Shown piece after piece: positions 1-8,901 of a DNA stretch of 64,000 bases. A program made the position numbers and the translations under genes. Source of the stretch: an uncultured cyanobacterium. GTDB taxonomy: Bacteria; Cyanobacteriota; Cyanobacteriia; Cyanobacteriales; CAWCAG01. The notes under the pieces were generated by a model. The model saw only the letters and a list, made by a program, of their open reading frames with translations, searched no databases and was not told the origin of the DNA. Numbering within the stretch: the first letter of the stretch is position 1; each line of letters opens with the position of its first letter. The stretch is from NCBI GenBank assembly GCA_963803805.1, contig CAWDOD010000002.1, positions 1,088,001 to 1,152,000 on the forward strand. Reading direction: 5' to 3'.

Positions 1-1258
1 GACCTAATTCATCACGATATTCAAAGACAAACATACTGCGTAAAAGAGTGTGATATTCTTTCTCACCTGTAATTACTTGCTGTTGAACTACTTGAGATAT
101 TAATTCCCATTCATTTTTTTCAATAGCTAAAAGTATGTCATCTCGGTAACCTTTAATAACGTGTTCTAAACATTCCCTCGATAAAGGTGGATCTTCTTGT
201 TGTAAGCAGTTGTAGAGAAGGCCAAGGAGATTACGAACATGACCCCCACTAATTAAACAAAGTCGGTCTAAGGTTTCAGGACTATCAAATACCTGGGACA
301 TTGAAGCTAATCTAAATTGGGGGTCGAGATGAGGAAATGCTCTTGCGAGTACTAATTGCCGTAGTAAAGCCATACCTTGAGTATTTTCTTGTCCATCTCT
401 TTGCTGGGCTGGGACCATAGGCAAAACCTTGGGCGCTACACCGCCACCTAGTCGATTTTTGAGAGCTTGATATTCATTAGAAAAAATTAATGATAATGGT
501 ATGGTATAAACTACATGACAACTGAGTCTTTGTAGTTGTGGTCCCCGGTCAATAAATAGATACTCTGGCAGTAATCTTTCTTTAGTTGCAGGGCGAGGAG
601 CAACTCGGTCTAAATTATCAACAATTACTACTAATCCTTTGTAGCCCCTGGCTTTGAGTTCCCTAATTGATGGCTCTAGTATCTCTTCATTGATAGCCCT
701 TAAAATTCCTTCTACCCTAGGTTCTAAAGATTGTCTAAGCTGTTCCCTTAGTTTGGGGCTTTCTTGAGTTCTTGCGGTTATCCTAGCAATACCTACAGAT
801 AATTCTGCTTCACCAGAAAGATCAATTGGTGTTTGGAGAAAATCTTTGATATCAGCAAAGAGATTAGCAAAGTATCCTGGCTTTGGCTTAATACCTTCAC
901 CTTCAAGACTTTCGCTCACAGAACGAGCAATAGCTAAAAGAATATCGCTGATACTAACGTCTACCATATCTAAGTCACGACTGGACTGAAGATAAACCAC
1001 ATGAAACTTTTGTTGTTCTAAGTTGGCTTTTAAGCGCAATAATTCTGTAGACTTGCCACAACCAATATGTCCTGTAAATAGTTGACAAGTGGGATCATCA
1101 GGGGCAAGGCGGGTAATGGTACGCCCTAAAGCTTCAATGATTTTTCCTCCTCGAACTCCCGAAAAATCGATATAGTAATTACGATCTTCAGGTTTGGCTA
1201 GGTCTAGAGTTTTGCTGGGGTTGCAAGCTTGAAAAAATCTGAGTAAGTCTAATTCCAT
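1..1258 (-). CDS. P-loop ATP-binding protein (cyanobacterial AAA-like family), 3' end runs off the window
   Basis: Not in the ORF track. Manual translation from ATG at 1258 gives MELDLLRFFQACNPSKTLDL...CQLFTGHIGCGKSTELLRL, with Walker A GHIGCGKS. Confidence 0.85.
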   Translation of the reverse strand, partial: MELDLLRFFQACNPSKTLDLAKPEDRNYYIDFSGVRGGKIIEALGRTITRLAPDDPTCQLFTGHIGCGKSTELLRLKANLEQQKFHVVYLQSSRDLDMVDVSISDILLAIARSVSESLEGEGIKPKPGYFANLFADIKDFLQTPIDLSGEAELSVGIARITARTQESPKLREQLRQSLEPRVEGILRAINEEILEPSIRELKARGYKGLVVIVDNLDRVAPRPATKERLLPEYLFIDRGPQLQRLSCHVVYTIPLSLIFSNEYQALKNRLGGGVAPKVLPMVPAQQRDGQENTQGMALLRQLVLARAFPHLDPQFRLASMSQVFDSPETLDRLCLISGGHVRNLLGLLYNCLQQEDPPLSRECLEHVIKGYRDDILLAIEKNEWELISQVVQQQVITGEKEYHTLLRSMFVFEYRDELG

Positions 1259-1730
1259 ATCAAGGTTTTGGGAGATTTGTACGATTGATGTTAACTACTG
1301 AATTGAGAGTATTTCACCGAGACTCTATTTTCTTTGAGCAGATAATAATAAGAAAAGAAATATTGAACTTTAGGTTTAGCTTGTCTGGGGAGGAAATTAG
1401 GGGACAACTGTGCAAAAAATGGACGGGAACCCAAAAAAGTCAAAGCCAAGTACTTTTTAGCTATTCTCTCTTCAATTCATTTAAAGGAGAATAGCTGAGA
1501 AAAAGGTTGTTTCTCTTCTAATTTCTACCATCCACGTTCCCCCTCTTACCTTCAAGAGGTAAGTCACCCCTCACCCCCAAAAAACAAGGGGTGATTGATG
1601 TGTAGCATTCTTTTTTGATTCTCAGATAAAATCACCAACTTGGAAGTGGTTAAATTAAAATAAGCACAAGCTCTATCCAAGCTAATTTACTTAGGTAGAG
1701 GTAGTCCCAAGTTGTATTGAGAGTGAGTAG

Positions 1731-2534
1731 ATGACAAGCATCACATCAGTCTCTCCGGCAGAACTGAAGAATAGACGGCAAAAATTACAGCGTCGTCGGC
1801 GCATAAAATTTTGGCAAGGCATTTGGCGATCGCTACTTGTTTCAGGTATGGCAGGAGGACTAGTGTGGGCTGTTGCCTTACCCAACTGGGTAATTCGCAA
1901 GCCAGAACAAATCGAAATTGAGGGTAATCAGCTTCTTTCGGTACAAGCAGTTCGCGCTCTCATCCCTATGTCTTATCCCCAGTCAATTTTGCAATTACAA
2001 CCTTCTTCAGTAAGCAAAGGGCTAGAAGATCAAGGTCCTATTGCAGAAGCTAAAACAACAAGACAGCTACTTCCTCCCAGTTTGACAATTGAAGTAAGCG
2101 AACGCAAACCTGTAGCAATTGCCCTACCAAATCAAGGAACTAATTCAGAGATTGGCTATCTTGACGAGGAAGGGGTTTGGATGGCTAAAAGTAGTTACAC
2201 AGGGATAGAACACAATATTCAACTTCCGACCCTCAAAGTTACTGGCTTAAACTCTCAATATATTACTTACTGGCAGGAGATTTATCGAGCTATTATTCGT
2301 TCTGGTGTCAAGATATTTGAGATTAATTTTCAAGATCCTAACAACCTAGTTTTAAAGACGGATTTGGGAGAAGTACATCTTGGTTCTTATACCACCCAAA
2401 TTTTTCCTGAACAGCTTAGGATATTAGCTCAAATGGGTAATCTTAATAGCAAAGTTGAAGGCAGTAAAATTGATTACATCGACCTCCAAAATCCCCAAGC
2501 CCCTGCTCTAAAAATGAAAGATGCTAAAGGGTAA
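1731..2534 (+). CDS. ftsQ: Cell division protein FtsQ/DivIB
   Basis: Basic N-terminus, single TM, POTRA-like region (IEIEGNQLLS...LTIEVSERKPVA), C-terminal YIDL motif; directly upstream of ftsZ. Confidence 0.9.
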   Translation: MTSITSVSPAELKNRRQKLQRRRRIKFWQGIWRSLLVSGMAGGLVWAVALPNWVIRKPEQIEIEGNQLLSVQAVRALIPMSYPQSILQLQPSSVSKGLEDQGPIAEAKTTRQLLPPSLTIEVSERKPVAIALPNQGTNSEIGYLDEEGVWMAKSSYTGIEHNIQLPTLKVTGLNSQYITYWQEIYRAIIRSGVKIFEINFQDPNNLVLKTDLGEVHLGSYTTQIFPEQLRILAQMGNLNSKVEGSKIDYIDLQNPQAPALKMKDAKG

Positions 2535-2784
2535 AGTACTATTATTCAAATAGGTAAAAGCCGACCAAAAAACTAATTTCCCCCTTAGGGAGGAATTTCA
2601 TTGGCAGTAGCAACGTCGAAACTAAATCCAGAATCTATCTATATTGAGGGGATAATGCTTGACAAATCTCATATTAAGGAATAGAGATTAGACGTAATTC
2701 AACTGGATTAGATAATATTTGACATAGTTGACTAGCTACATCCTTTAAACATATATAGTTGTTTATTAAAATTTTCTAACTGCA

Positions 2785-4053
2785 ATGACGCTTAATAGTA
2801 AACTAGGGCTAACAGATGAGAACTTTAACAATTCAGAATATACTGACTTGTCGGTGACAGTGAAAAACACTCATCCCTTTAATAATTCTGGGCTACCTTT
2901 CCACCCAAGCAACGATACCAAAGGAGTACCCAGCCAAGAAACAAGGAGTGATAATATCGTGCCAGGTAACGTTGCCAAAATAAAAGTTATTGGTGTTGGT
3001 GGGGGAGGGTGTAACGCTGTCAATCGTATGATTGCTAGTGATATTACAGGGGTTGAATTTTGGTCAATTAATACTGATGCTCAAGCTTTAGCTTTAGCAG
3101 ATGCTCCTAACCGCTTGCAACTTGGACAAAAATTAACCAGAGGACTCGGAGCAGGAGGAAATCCAGCTATTGGTCAAAAAGCGGCTGAAGAATCCCGCGA
3201 TGAGATTGCCCATGCTTTAGAAAATACCGACTTGGTATTTATTACCGCTGGTATGGGAGGAGGGACTGGGACTGGAGCCGCGCCTATTGTGGCAGAAGTA
3301 GCCAAAGAAATGGGTTGTTTAACAGTAGGTGTAGTAACTCGCCCTTTTACCTTTGAAGGCCGCCGCCGCACCACCCAGGCAGAAGAAGGTATTTCCGCTC
3401 TACAAACGCGGGTGGATACTTTAATTGTAATTCCTAACAATAAGCTTTTATCAGTAATTTCTGAACAAACTCCTGTACAAGAAGCCTTTCGAGTTGCAGA
3501 TGATATTCTACGTCAAGGGGTTCAAGGGATATCAGATATTATTATTATTCCCGGCTTGGTAAATGTCGATTTTGCCGATGTTAGGGCAGTGATGGCAGAT
3601 GCTGGTTCTGCTTTAATGGGTATCGGCTTAGGATCTGGTAAATCTCGCGCTAGAGAGGCGGCTGTGGCTGCAATTTCTTCTCCTCTTTTAGAATCTTCTA
3701 TTGAAGGAGCCAGAGGGGTGGTATTTAATATTACTGGGGGAAGCGATCTTACCCTCCATGAAGTTAATTCCGCCGCAGAAACTATTTATGAAGTTGTTGA
3801 TCCCAACGCTAATATTATTTTTGGTGCAGTGATTGATGAGAAGATGCAAGGGGAAATTAGGATTACTGTCATTGCTACTGGTTTTAGTGGTGAAGCCCCA
3901 CCTCCTGCCCCAAAAGGTAAAGCGATCGCAACTCCTAGTAGACCAATAACTCCTCCCCCTAGAGCAGCTAAACCATCTCCTGCCCCTGAACCTAGTGGTA
4001 ATCGTTTAGATATTCCTGAGTTTCTCCAAAGGCGACGTTTCCCTCGGCGATAG
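2785..4053 (+). CDS. ftsZ: Cell division protein FtsZ
   Basis: [13 protein letters not shown], tubulin signature GGGTGTG, C-terminal LDIPEFL peptide. Confidence 0.99.
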   Translation: MTLNSKLGLTDENFNNSEYTDLSVTVKNTHPFNNSGLPFHPSNDTKGVPSQETRSDNIVPGNVAKIKVIGVGGGGCNAVNRMIASDITGVEFWSINTDAQALALADAPNRLQLGQKLTRGLGAGGNPAIGQKAAEESRDEIAHALENTDLVFITAGMGGGTGTGAAPIVAEVAKEMGCLTVGVVTRPFTFEGRRRTTQAEEGISALQTRVDTLIVIPNNKLLSVISEQTPVQEAFRVADDILRQGVQGISDIIIIPGLVNVDFADVRAVMADAGSALMGIGLGSGKSRAREAAVAAISSPLLESSIEGARGVVFNITGGSDLTLHEVNSAAETIYEVVDPNANIIFGAVIDEKMQGEIRITVIATGFSGEAPPPAPKGKAIATPSRPITPPPRAAKPSPAPEPSGNRLDIPEFLQRRRFPRR

Positions 4054-4129
4054 TTATTTAATAACAAAATTTGCTGACATTTACTTGAAATTTCTACTAT
4101 TCTTAGCTTAAGTAAGTTTTGCTATAGTT

Positions 4130-4726
4130 ATGACCTTTAAATCTCAAAGCAATCCCCCCATGCAAAACCCGACGGTTAATGCACCTAAACCAGGCACTGG
4201 CTCTAGCTCCTATCGCCCTTCTGTACCAATCACCGTTTACCGACAACTAGCGGCTGAATTACAATCAACCCAGTCTCAGCTAGGTTCTCTCAAGGCTCAA
4301 AATCAGCAACTAGTTCAACAAAACCAACAGCTACGACAGGAAGTAGATAAACTGCTTCATTCAGCACGGGATGTTCAGCATCTCCTTTCTTCCCTAGATA
4401 GTTCCGGTAACATAGGCACTGACTTTGTTGCGCCTATGATGCCCCCCCAGCCTCAATCTTTTACAAACCAAATTCCTCCTGCCCCACCTCTACCTTCTGT
4501 AGATGTACCTCCAATTCCTTATCTCCCCGAAACTCCTCCTGAAGCTCCTGAACAACTGATAGTAGAAGTTTCAGAAAGTAAGCCTCGCCGCTCTCCCCAA
4601 CCAGAAAGTTCCTCTGATGTGAGTGGTTGGTTGTTGATTTTGGCAATTATTTTGATTGTTTTGACAGCTTTCAGTATGGGATTTTTGATTGTACGACCTT
4701 TACTTAACGGAGATAGCAATCGTTAA
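4130..4726 (+). CDS. Hypothetical coiled-coil protein with Pro-rich linker and C-terminal TM anchor
   Basis: Gln/Leu heptad coiled coil, Pro-rich region, hydrophobic C-terminal helix (WLLILAIILIVLTAFSMGFLIV). Confidence 0.75.
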   Translation: MTFKSQSNPPMQNPTVNAPKPGTGSSSYRPSVPITVYRQLAAELQSTQSQLGSLKAQNQQLVQQNQQLRQEVDKLLHSARDVQHLLSSLDSSGNIGTDFVAPMMPPQPQSFTNQIPPAPPLPSVDVPPIPYLPETPPEAPEQLIVEVSESKPRRSPQPESSSDVSGWLLILAIILIVLTAFSMGFLIVRPLLNGDSNR

Positions 4727-4772
4727 GGCTTAAGGAAGATTATATTATCAACAGTCTAGGACTTTTGTCTTT

Positions 4773-4807
4773 GCTAATAGCTAATGGCTAATGGCTAATA
4801 GCTAATG
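4773..4807 (+). repeat. Heptamer tandem repeat (GCTAATR)x5, STRR-like
   Basis: gctaata gctaatg gctaatg gctaata gctaatg read directly. Confidence 0.9.
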
Positions 4808-4872
4808 GTTTTACTTCCTCCCTCAGCAAATACCCTGTGCAAATAAACCGGGTTTGGTTGGTTATGTTGCCC

Positions 4873-5682
4873 CTAGCTACCGAGGAATGCCACTAAAGGT
4901 TTGAATATGGGGAGCAATCTTTCTTGGGAAGATACCAAGGTGGGAAAAGGGCAACTGCCGTAATCTTCTCCCACTTTGAGGGGAAAAGCCGGTTCTGATT
5001 TTAAGGAAAGGAAAATACCTCCTGCGGCTTGGACAATAACCCAAACAGCAGCAATATCCCACACTTTAGGGGTCGCTTCTACACCTCCTAAAGCTGTGCC
5101 AGAAGCTACTAAAAGGCAATTATAACTAGCAACACCGATTAATCTTATTTTGCAAGGAAAAGGTTCTTTGAGAACGGCTGTACTGCGGGCGCAGAGGTTA
5201 AAGAGATGATTTTGACTGGGGGAATCTTGGCTAGTTTTGATTAGTTCACCATTTTTGTAAGCCCCTGTTGGACCACTTAAGCCTGATTCTCCATACCAGT
5301 AGCCATGGAAAAACTGCTCAAATTCAGGGAAATAGACTGCTCCAAATAGAGGTGTTCCTTGATAAAGTAAGCCCAGGGAAATACCCCAGATAGGAATCCC
5401 TCGCGTAAAGTTAGTTGTACCGTCGATAGGATCTACAATCCAGCACCAGTCATTTTCTGGGAAGATATGGAGAGTTTCTTCTGTAAGAATGCCGTGTTCA
5501 GGAAAACGAGCCGCGATCGCTTTGCGAATTACTTCATCAGCCCATTGATCTGAGGCTGTAACTAATGTGCCATCAGCCTTACGGGTTGCTTGCACCTGGC
5601 CAAAATCCAACTTAAGCTGGCTACCAACTTCTTTGGTAATGGTACGAGTAAAATCTAAAATATCAATCCAAAAATCTTCCAT
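4873..5682 (-). CDS. Inositol monophosphatase family protein
   Basis: Motifs WIVDPIDGTTNF and WDIAA. Confidence 0.93.
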   Translation of the reverse strand: MEDFWIDILDFTRTITKEVGSQLKLDFGQVQATRKADGTLVTASDQWADEVIRKAIAARFPEHGILTEETLHIFPENDWCWIVDPIDGTTNFTRGIPIWGISLGLLYQGTPLFGAVYFPEFEQFFHGYWYGESGLSGPTGAYKNGELIKTSQDSPSQNHLFNLCARSTAVLKEPFPCKIRLIGVASYNCLLVASGTALGGVEATPKVWDIAAVWVIVQAAGGIFLSLKSEPAFPLKVGEDYGSCPFPTLVSSQERLLPIFKPLVAFLGS

Positions 5683-5714
5683 ACTCGATCCTTTTGTGAC
5701 TTGTGAAGTGGTGC

Positions 5715-5771
5715 GCGATTCTTTCTGAGGAGATGCTTCTCCCGAAGGAGGCGCTGCGCAAACGCTAACGC
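5715..5771 (+). repeat. Small dispersed repeat(s) between split HIP1 halves (GCGAT...CGC)
   Basis: GC-rich mini-hairpin stretch (CTCC-CGAA-GGAG, GCG-CTG-CGC) with two related units, in AT-rich intergenic DNA. Confidence 0.55.
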
Positions 5772-5866
5772 CAATAAGAATTTTATACCCATAATCTAAG
5801 GAAAAGAAAACAAGTCAATATCTGCTGGCTATAGAACTATTGGCAGAAATTTTAAGGTAAAATTTT

Positions 5867-5891
5867 ATACCCGACTAATTTGGTCGGGTAT
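5867..5891. promoter_or_regulatory. Rrf2/IscR-type palindromic operator
   Basis: ATACCCGACTAATTTGGTCGGGTAT matches the IscR type-1 consensus ATASYYGACTRwwwYAGTCRRSTAT at 24/25 positions. Confidence 0.75.
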
Positions 5892-5893
5892 GT

Positions 5894-5922
5894 TTGACGA
5901 GTATTGTGAGCTGTGTTACTGT
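5894..5922 (+). promoter_or_regulatory. Putative sigma70-type promoter of the thrC-like/moaD-like operon
   Basis: TTGACG (5894-5899), 17-bp spacer ending in TGn, TACTGT (5917-5922). Confidence 0.6.
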
Positions 5923-5961
5923 TTGTGGAACATTGACAGAAACGAAGATTAGAGTAGAGCT

Positions 5962-7266
5962 ATGACCCAGGTTATCACCCGCGAAAAACAAAGCGATTCG
6001 GCCACTTTTACGAAGCTGGTTTCTAAGGAATCTGGCGCTGAGTATCCCCTCAAGGCACTCCATATTTGCGAAGAGTGCTTTGGTCCTTTAGAAGTTGCTT
6101 ACGACTATGACAAAATTCGTTCTCAAGTAAGCCGGGAAACTATCAAAGCTGGCCCCAACTCGATTTGGCGCTATCGTCCTTTTTTGCCTGTGGCTACGGA
6201 TAACTATATTGATGTTGGCACTGGCATGACTCCTTTGGTTGAATCCAACCGTTTAGCTCGTCGCTTGGGTCTGAAAAAACTCTATATCAAAAACGATGCT
6301 GTCAATATGCCCACCTTGAGTTTTAAGGATCGGGTTGTTTCTGTGGCTTTGAGTCGCGCCCGTGAATTGGGTTTCTCGACAGTTTCTTGTGCTAGTACAG
6401 GGAACTTGGCTAATTCTACTGCGGCGATCGCCGCCCATGCGGGTTTAGATTGTTGTGTCTTCATTCCTGCTGATTTGGAAGCAGGCAAAGTTTTAGGGAC
6501 TTTAGTTTATAGTCCTACGGTAATGGCTGTCGAAGGAAATTACGACCAAGTTAACCGCCTTTGTAGCGAAGTTGCCAATACCCACAAATGGGGTTTTGTT
6601 AACATTAATCTGCGTCCTTACTATTCTGAAGGGTCAAAAACCCTTGGTTTTGAAGTAGCAGAACAACTAGGATGGCAATTACCCGATCATATTGTTGCGC
6701 CTTTAGCTTCTGGTTCTCTCTATACCAAAATCTACAAAGGTTTCCAAGAATTTATCAAAACTGGTTTAGTTGAAGACAAAAAAGTACGCTTCAGTGGCGC
6801 ACAAGCAGAAGGTTGTTCCCCCATTGCTCAAGCCTTTAAAGAAGGAAGGGACTTCGTAACCCCAGTTAAGCCTAATACCATTGCTAAATCTATTGCTATT
6901 GGCAACCCTGCTGACGGTATTTACGCTTTGGATCTGGCTAGGAAAACCAACGGTAATATTGAGTCTGTTACTGACAAAGAAATTATTGATGGCATTAAGC
7001 TTTTAGCTGAAACCGAAGGAATATTTACTGAAACTGCTGGTGGCACAACCATAGCTGTTTTGAAGAAATTAGTAGAAGCAGGTAAAATCAACCCTGATGA
7101 AACCACCGTCGTTTACATTACTGGTAATGGTTTGAAGACCCAAGAAGCTGTACAAAACTATGTTGGCCAGCCTTTGACCATCGAACCCAAGTTAGAAAGC
7201 TTTGAGAGGGCTTTAGAAAGGGCGCAAACTTTAGAGCGCTTGGAATGGCAACAGGTTTCGGTTTAA
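5962..7266 (+). CDS. thrC: Threonine synthase-like PLP (fold type II) enzyme
   Basis: PTLSFKDR PLP-lysine motif, CASTGN, EGSKT, ITGNGLK. Family is secure; actual substrate is uncertain (see findings). Confidence 0.85.
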   Translation: MTQVITREKQSDSATFTKLVSKESGAEYPLKALHICEECFGPLEVAYDYDKIRSQVSRETIKAGPNSIWRYRPFLPVATDNYIDVGTGMTPLVESNRLARRLGLKKLYIKNDAVNMPTLSFKDRVVSVALSRARELGFSTVSCASTGNLANSTAAIAAHAGLDCCVFIPADLEAGKVLGTLVYSPTVMAVEGNYDQVNRLCSEVANTHKWGFVNINLRPYYSEGSKTLGFEVAEQLGWQLPDHIVAPLASGSLYTKIYKGFQEFIKTGLVEDKKVRFSGAQAEGCSPIAQAFKEGRDFVTPVKPNTIAKSIAIGNPADGIYALDLARKTNGNIESVTDKEIIDGIKLLAETEGIFTETAGGTTIAVLKKLVEAGKINPDETTVVYITGNGLKTQEAVQNYVGQPLTIEPKLESFERALERAQTLERLEWQQVSV

Positions 7267-7405
7267 ATAGAGGAATAACTGGCTGACGGGCAACCAATTT
7301 ATGACTATAATTTACCTTGCTACTTCGTTTACATAGCTTTTAAAGTAAAGAGAAAGCAGGTTGCCCTTAAAAAAAATTGATCATTGGTAATTAATAATTG
7401 AAACT

Positions 7406-7681
7406 ATGGCTATCAAGGTATTAATCCCCACTCCCTTACAAAAATTTACTAACTCTCAAGCAGTAATTGAAGGGGAAGGCAAAACTGTTAACGAATTAAT
7501 TGATTCATTAGAAAGTACTTGTCCTAGTATTAAAGGGCGTTTACGAGATGAAGAAGGTAAGCCTCGTCGCTTTTTGAATCTTTATGTAAATGACGAAGAT
7601 ATTCGTTTTTTAAAAGGTGCAGATACTCCTCTCAATGATGGAGATCAAGTTAGTATCGTTCCAGCAGTAGCTGGCGGTTGA
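7406..7681 (+). CDS. MoaD/ThiS/CysO-family ubiquitin-like sulfur carrier protein
   Basis: 91 aa, [12 protein letters not shown] motif, C-terminal VAGG. Confidence 0.93.
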   Translation: MAIKVLIPTPLQKFTNSQAVIEGEGKTVNELIDSLESTCPSIKGRLRDEEGKPRRFLNLYVNDEDIRFLKGADTPLNDGDQVSIVPAVAGG

Positions 7682-7733
7682 AGAATTCAGAATACGAAGG
7701 TAAATCATCGACAACTTAAACAACTTAAGGAAT

Positions 7734-8177
7734 ATGCCAGAAGAAACTGCCCCCCAAGAAAACAAAGCTAAAGCTGCTAAGGCCAAGAAAAAGAAACCCT
7801 CAGCAGTAGAAGATAAACCTTTTACAGAATTTATGGCCCAGGATTTTACCCCGGCTTTGCAGAAAGCTTTATCTGAAGAAGGTATTGAGGATGCTGAGTT
7901 GGATTTAGTGAAAGAAAAATTACCAATAGCTGGTGCAAATTCCGACGAACAATGTTGGCAGTTTATTGGTAAATGGGAAGGAGGAGAACGGCAGTTTAAT
8001 CTTTATTTTCTAGATGAAGATATTAAAGGTCAAAAAGGCTTTTCTTGCTCTACAAATGGGGCATCTCCTAGTACCATTGAGTCTTTTATGATTGATGAGC
8101 GTCGGGTTAATTTACCTTTGTTGGTGATGTATACAGTACAGCGTTTAAATGGGCAGAAGTGGTTGGCGAAAAATTAA
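7734..8177 (+). CDS. DUF2996 family protein
   Basis: EDKPFTEF, IESFMIDERRV and QRLNGQKWL motifs typical of this cyanobacterial/plastid family. Confidence 0.8.
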   Translation: MPEETAPQENKAKAAKAKKKKPSAVEDKPFTEFMAQDFTPALQKALSEEGIEDAELDLVKEKLPIAGANSDEQCWQFIGKWEGGERQFNLYFLDEDIKGQKGFSCSTNGASPSTIESFMIDERRVNLPLLVMYTVQRLNGQKWLAKN

Positions 8178-8290
8178 AGAGTGCTAGTTGCTAATGGCTA
8201 GTTGCTGAAGATACAAATAACTAACTATTACCTATTGCCTGCCTAGCTCCCTACTAAAGCCGCCAAGAGTTTAAATGAGGAGAAACTGCT

Positions 8291-8376
8291 GTGACTACAA
8301 CTTTAGTTATCCAAACAGAAGGAATTCCTTGGACGGTTTCTTTACCTGCGATCGCCTGATGCTGCTTGGGTTAAAA
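8291..8376 (+). pseudogene. Uma2-family endonuclease relic (N-terminus fused to an internal motif)
   Basis: RBS GAGGAG then GTG: MTTTLVIQTEGIPWTVSLPAIA*; overlapping frame reads RSPDAAWVK, an internal Uma2 motif. Confidence 0.6.
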
Positions 8377-8448
8377 ATGACAGACAAGCATATTCGCTTT
8401 GATTGGGCGATTAAAAGACTACTAAGGGATAAAGCTAACTATATATAG
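8377..8448 (+). pseudogene. Rpn-family (PD-(D/E)XK transposase-like) 5' fragment
   Basis: MTDKHIRFDWAIKRLLRDKANYI* resembles the RFDWAIKxLLRxKAN N-terminus of Rpn/PDDEXK_2 proteins; stops after 23 codons. Confidence 0.6.
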
Positions 8449-8901
8449 CAGGGTAATTGCTTTTTGGAAATCAGCGATCGCCGCCTCTGTTTTTTCCTGT
8501 AAATTCGTTGCTATGATTTGTCGCAAAGTGAAAACACCCCTTGGAATTAAAGTAAAATTTGTCTCGAACTTTCTTTATCAGTACAAATAGCTATTTAATC
8601 TCCGTAATTAGTTTAAAATACTTAGATGGATAAATCAAGCTTGTGACCAAGCGGAAACCTTTTTCTCTATTTAATATTGTGAAATAGCTAAAATTCTGAT
8701 GGGATCGCTTGAGCAAAACCTTAAACCTTAATTTATTTTTGCCTTACCAAAGTTCTTCTTGATAAAGCTTTGTAACTATTGACAGGAAACTATCCAACAG
8801 CTTGCCGAGAGATTGATAAACTAGAACGCAGCAGAAAATGGACATCTGTTGCCTTTAATTCCTAAAGCACTACATTGTCTTTATAAAAAAATCTAAAACT
8901 C

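Noticed and set aside
1285-1494. 69-aa plus-strand ORF
   Set aside because: No recognisable motif or RBS; occupies the divergent promoter region of the ATPase and ftsQ.
3174-4067. Antisense or alternate-frame ORFs inside ftsZ, and the many similar 60-110 aa shadow ORFs throughout the track
   Set aside because: Contained in or largely overlapping well-supported genes, with no independent evidence of coding.
8451-8545. Minus-strand TPR-like peptide (QEKTEAAIADFQKAI) around a HIP1 site
   Set aside because: Too short and lacks a start; may be another relic but cannot be supported without a search.
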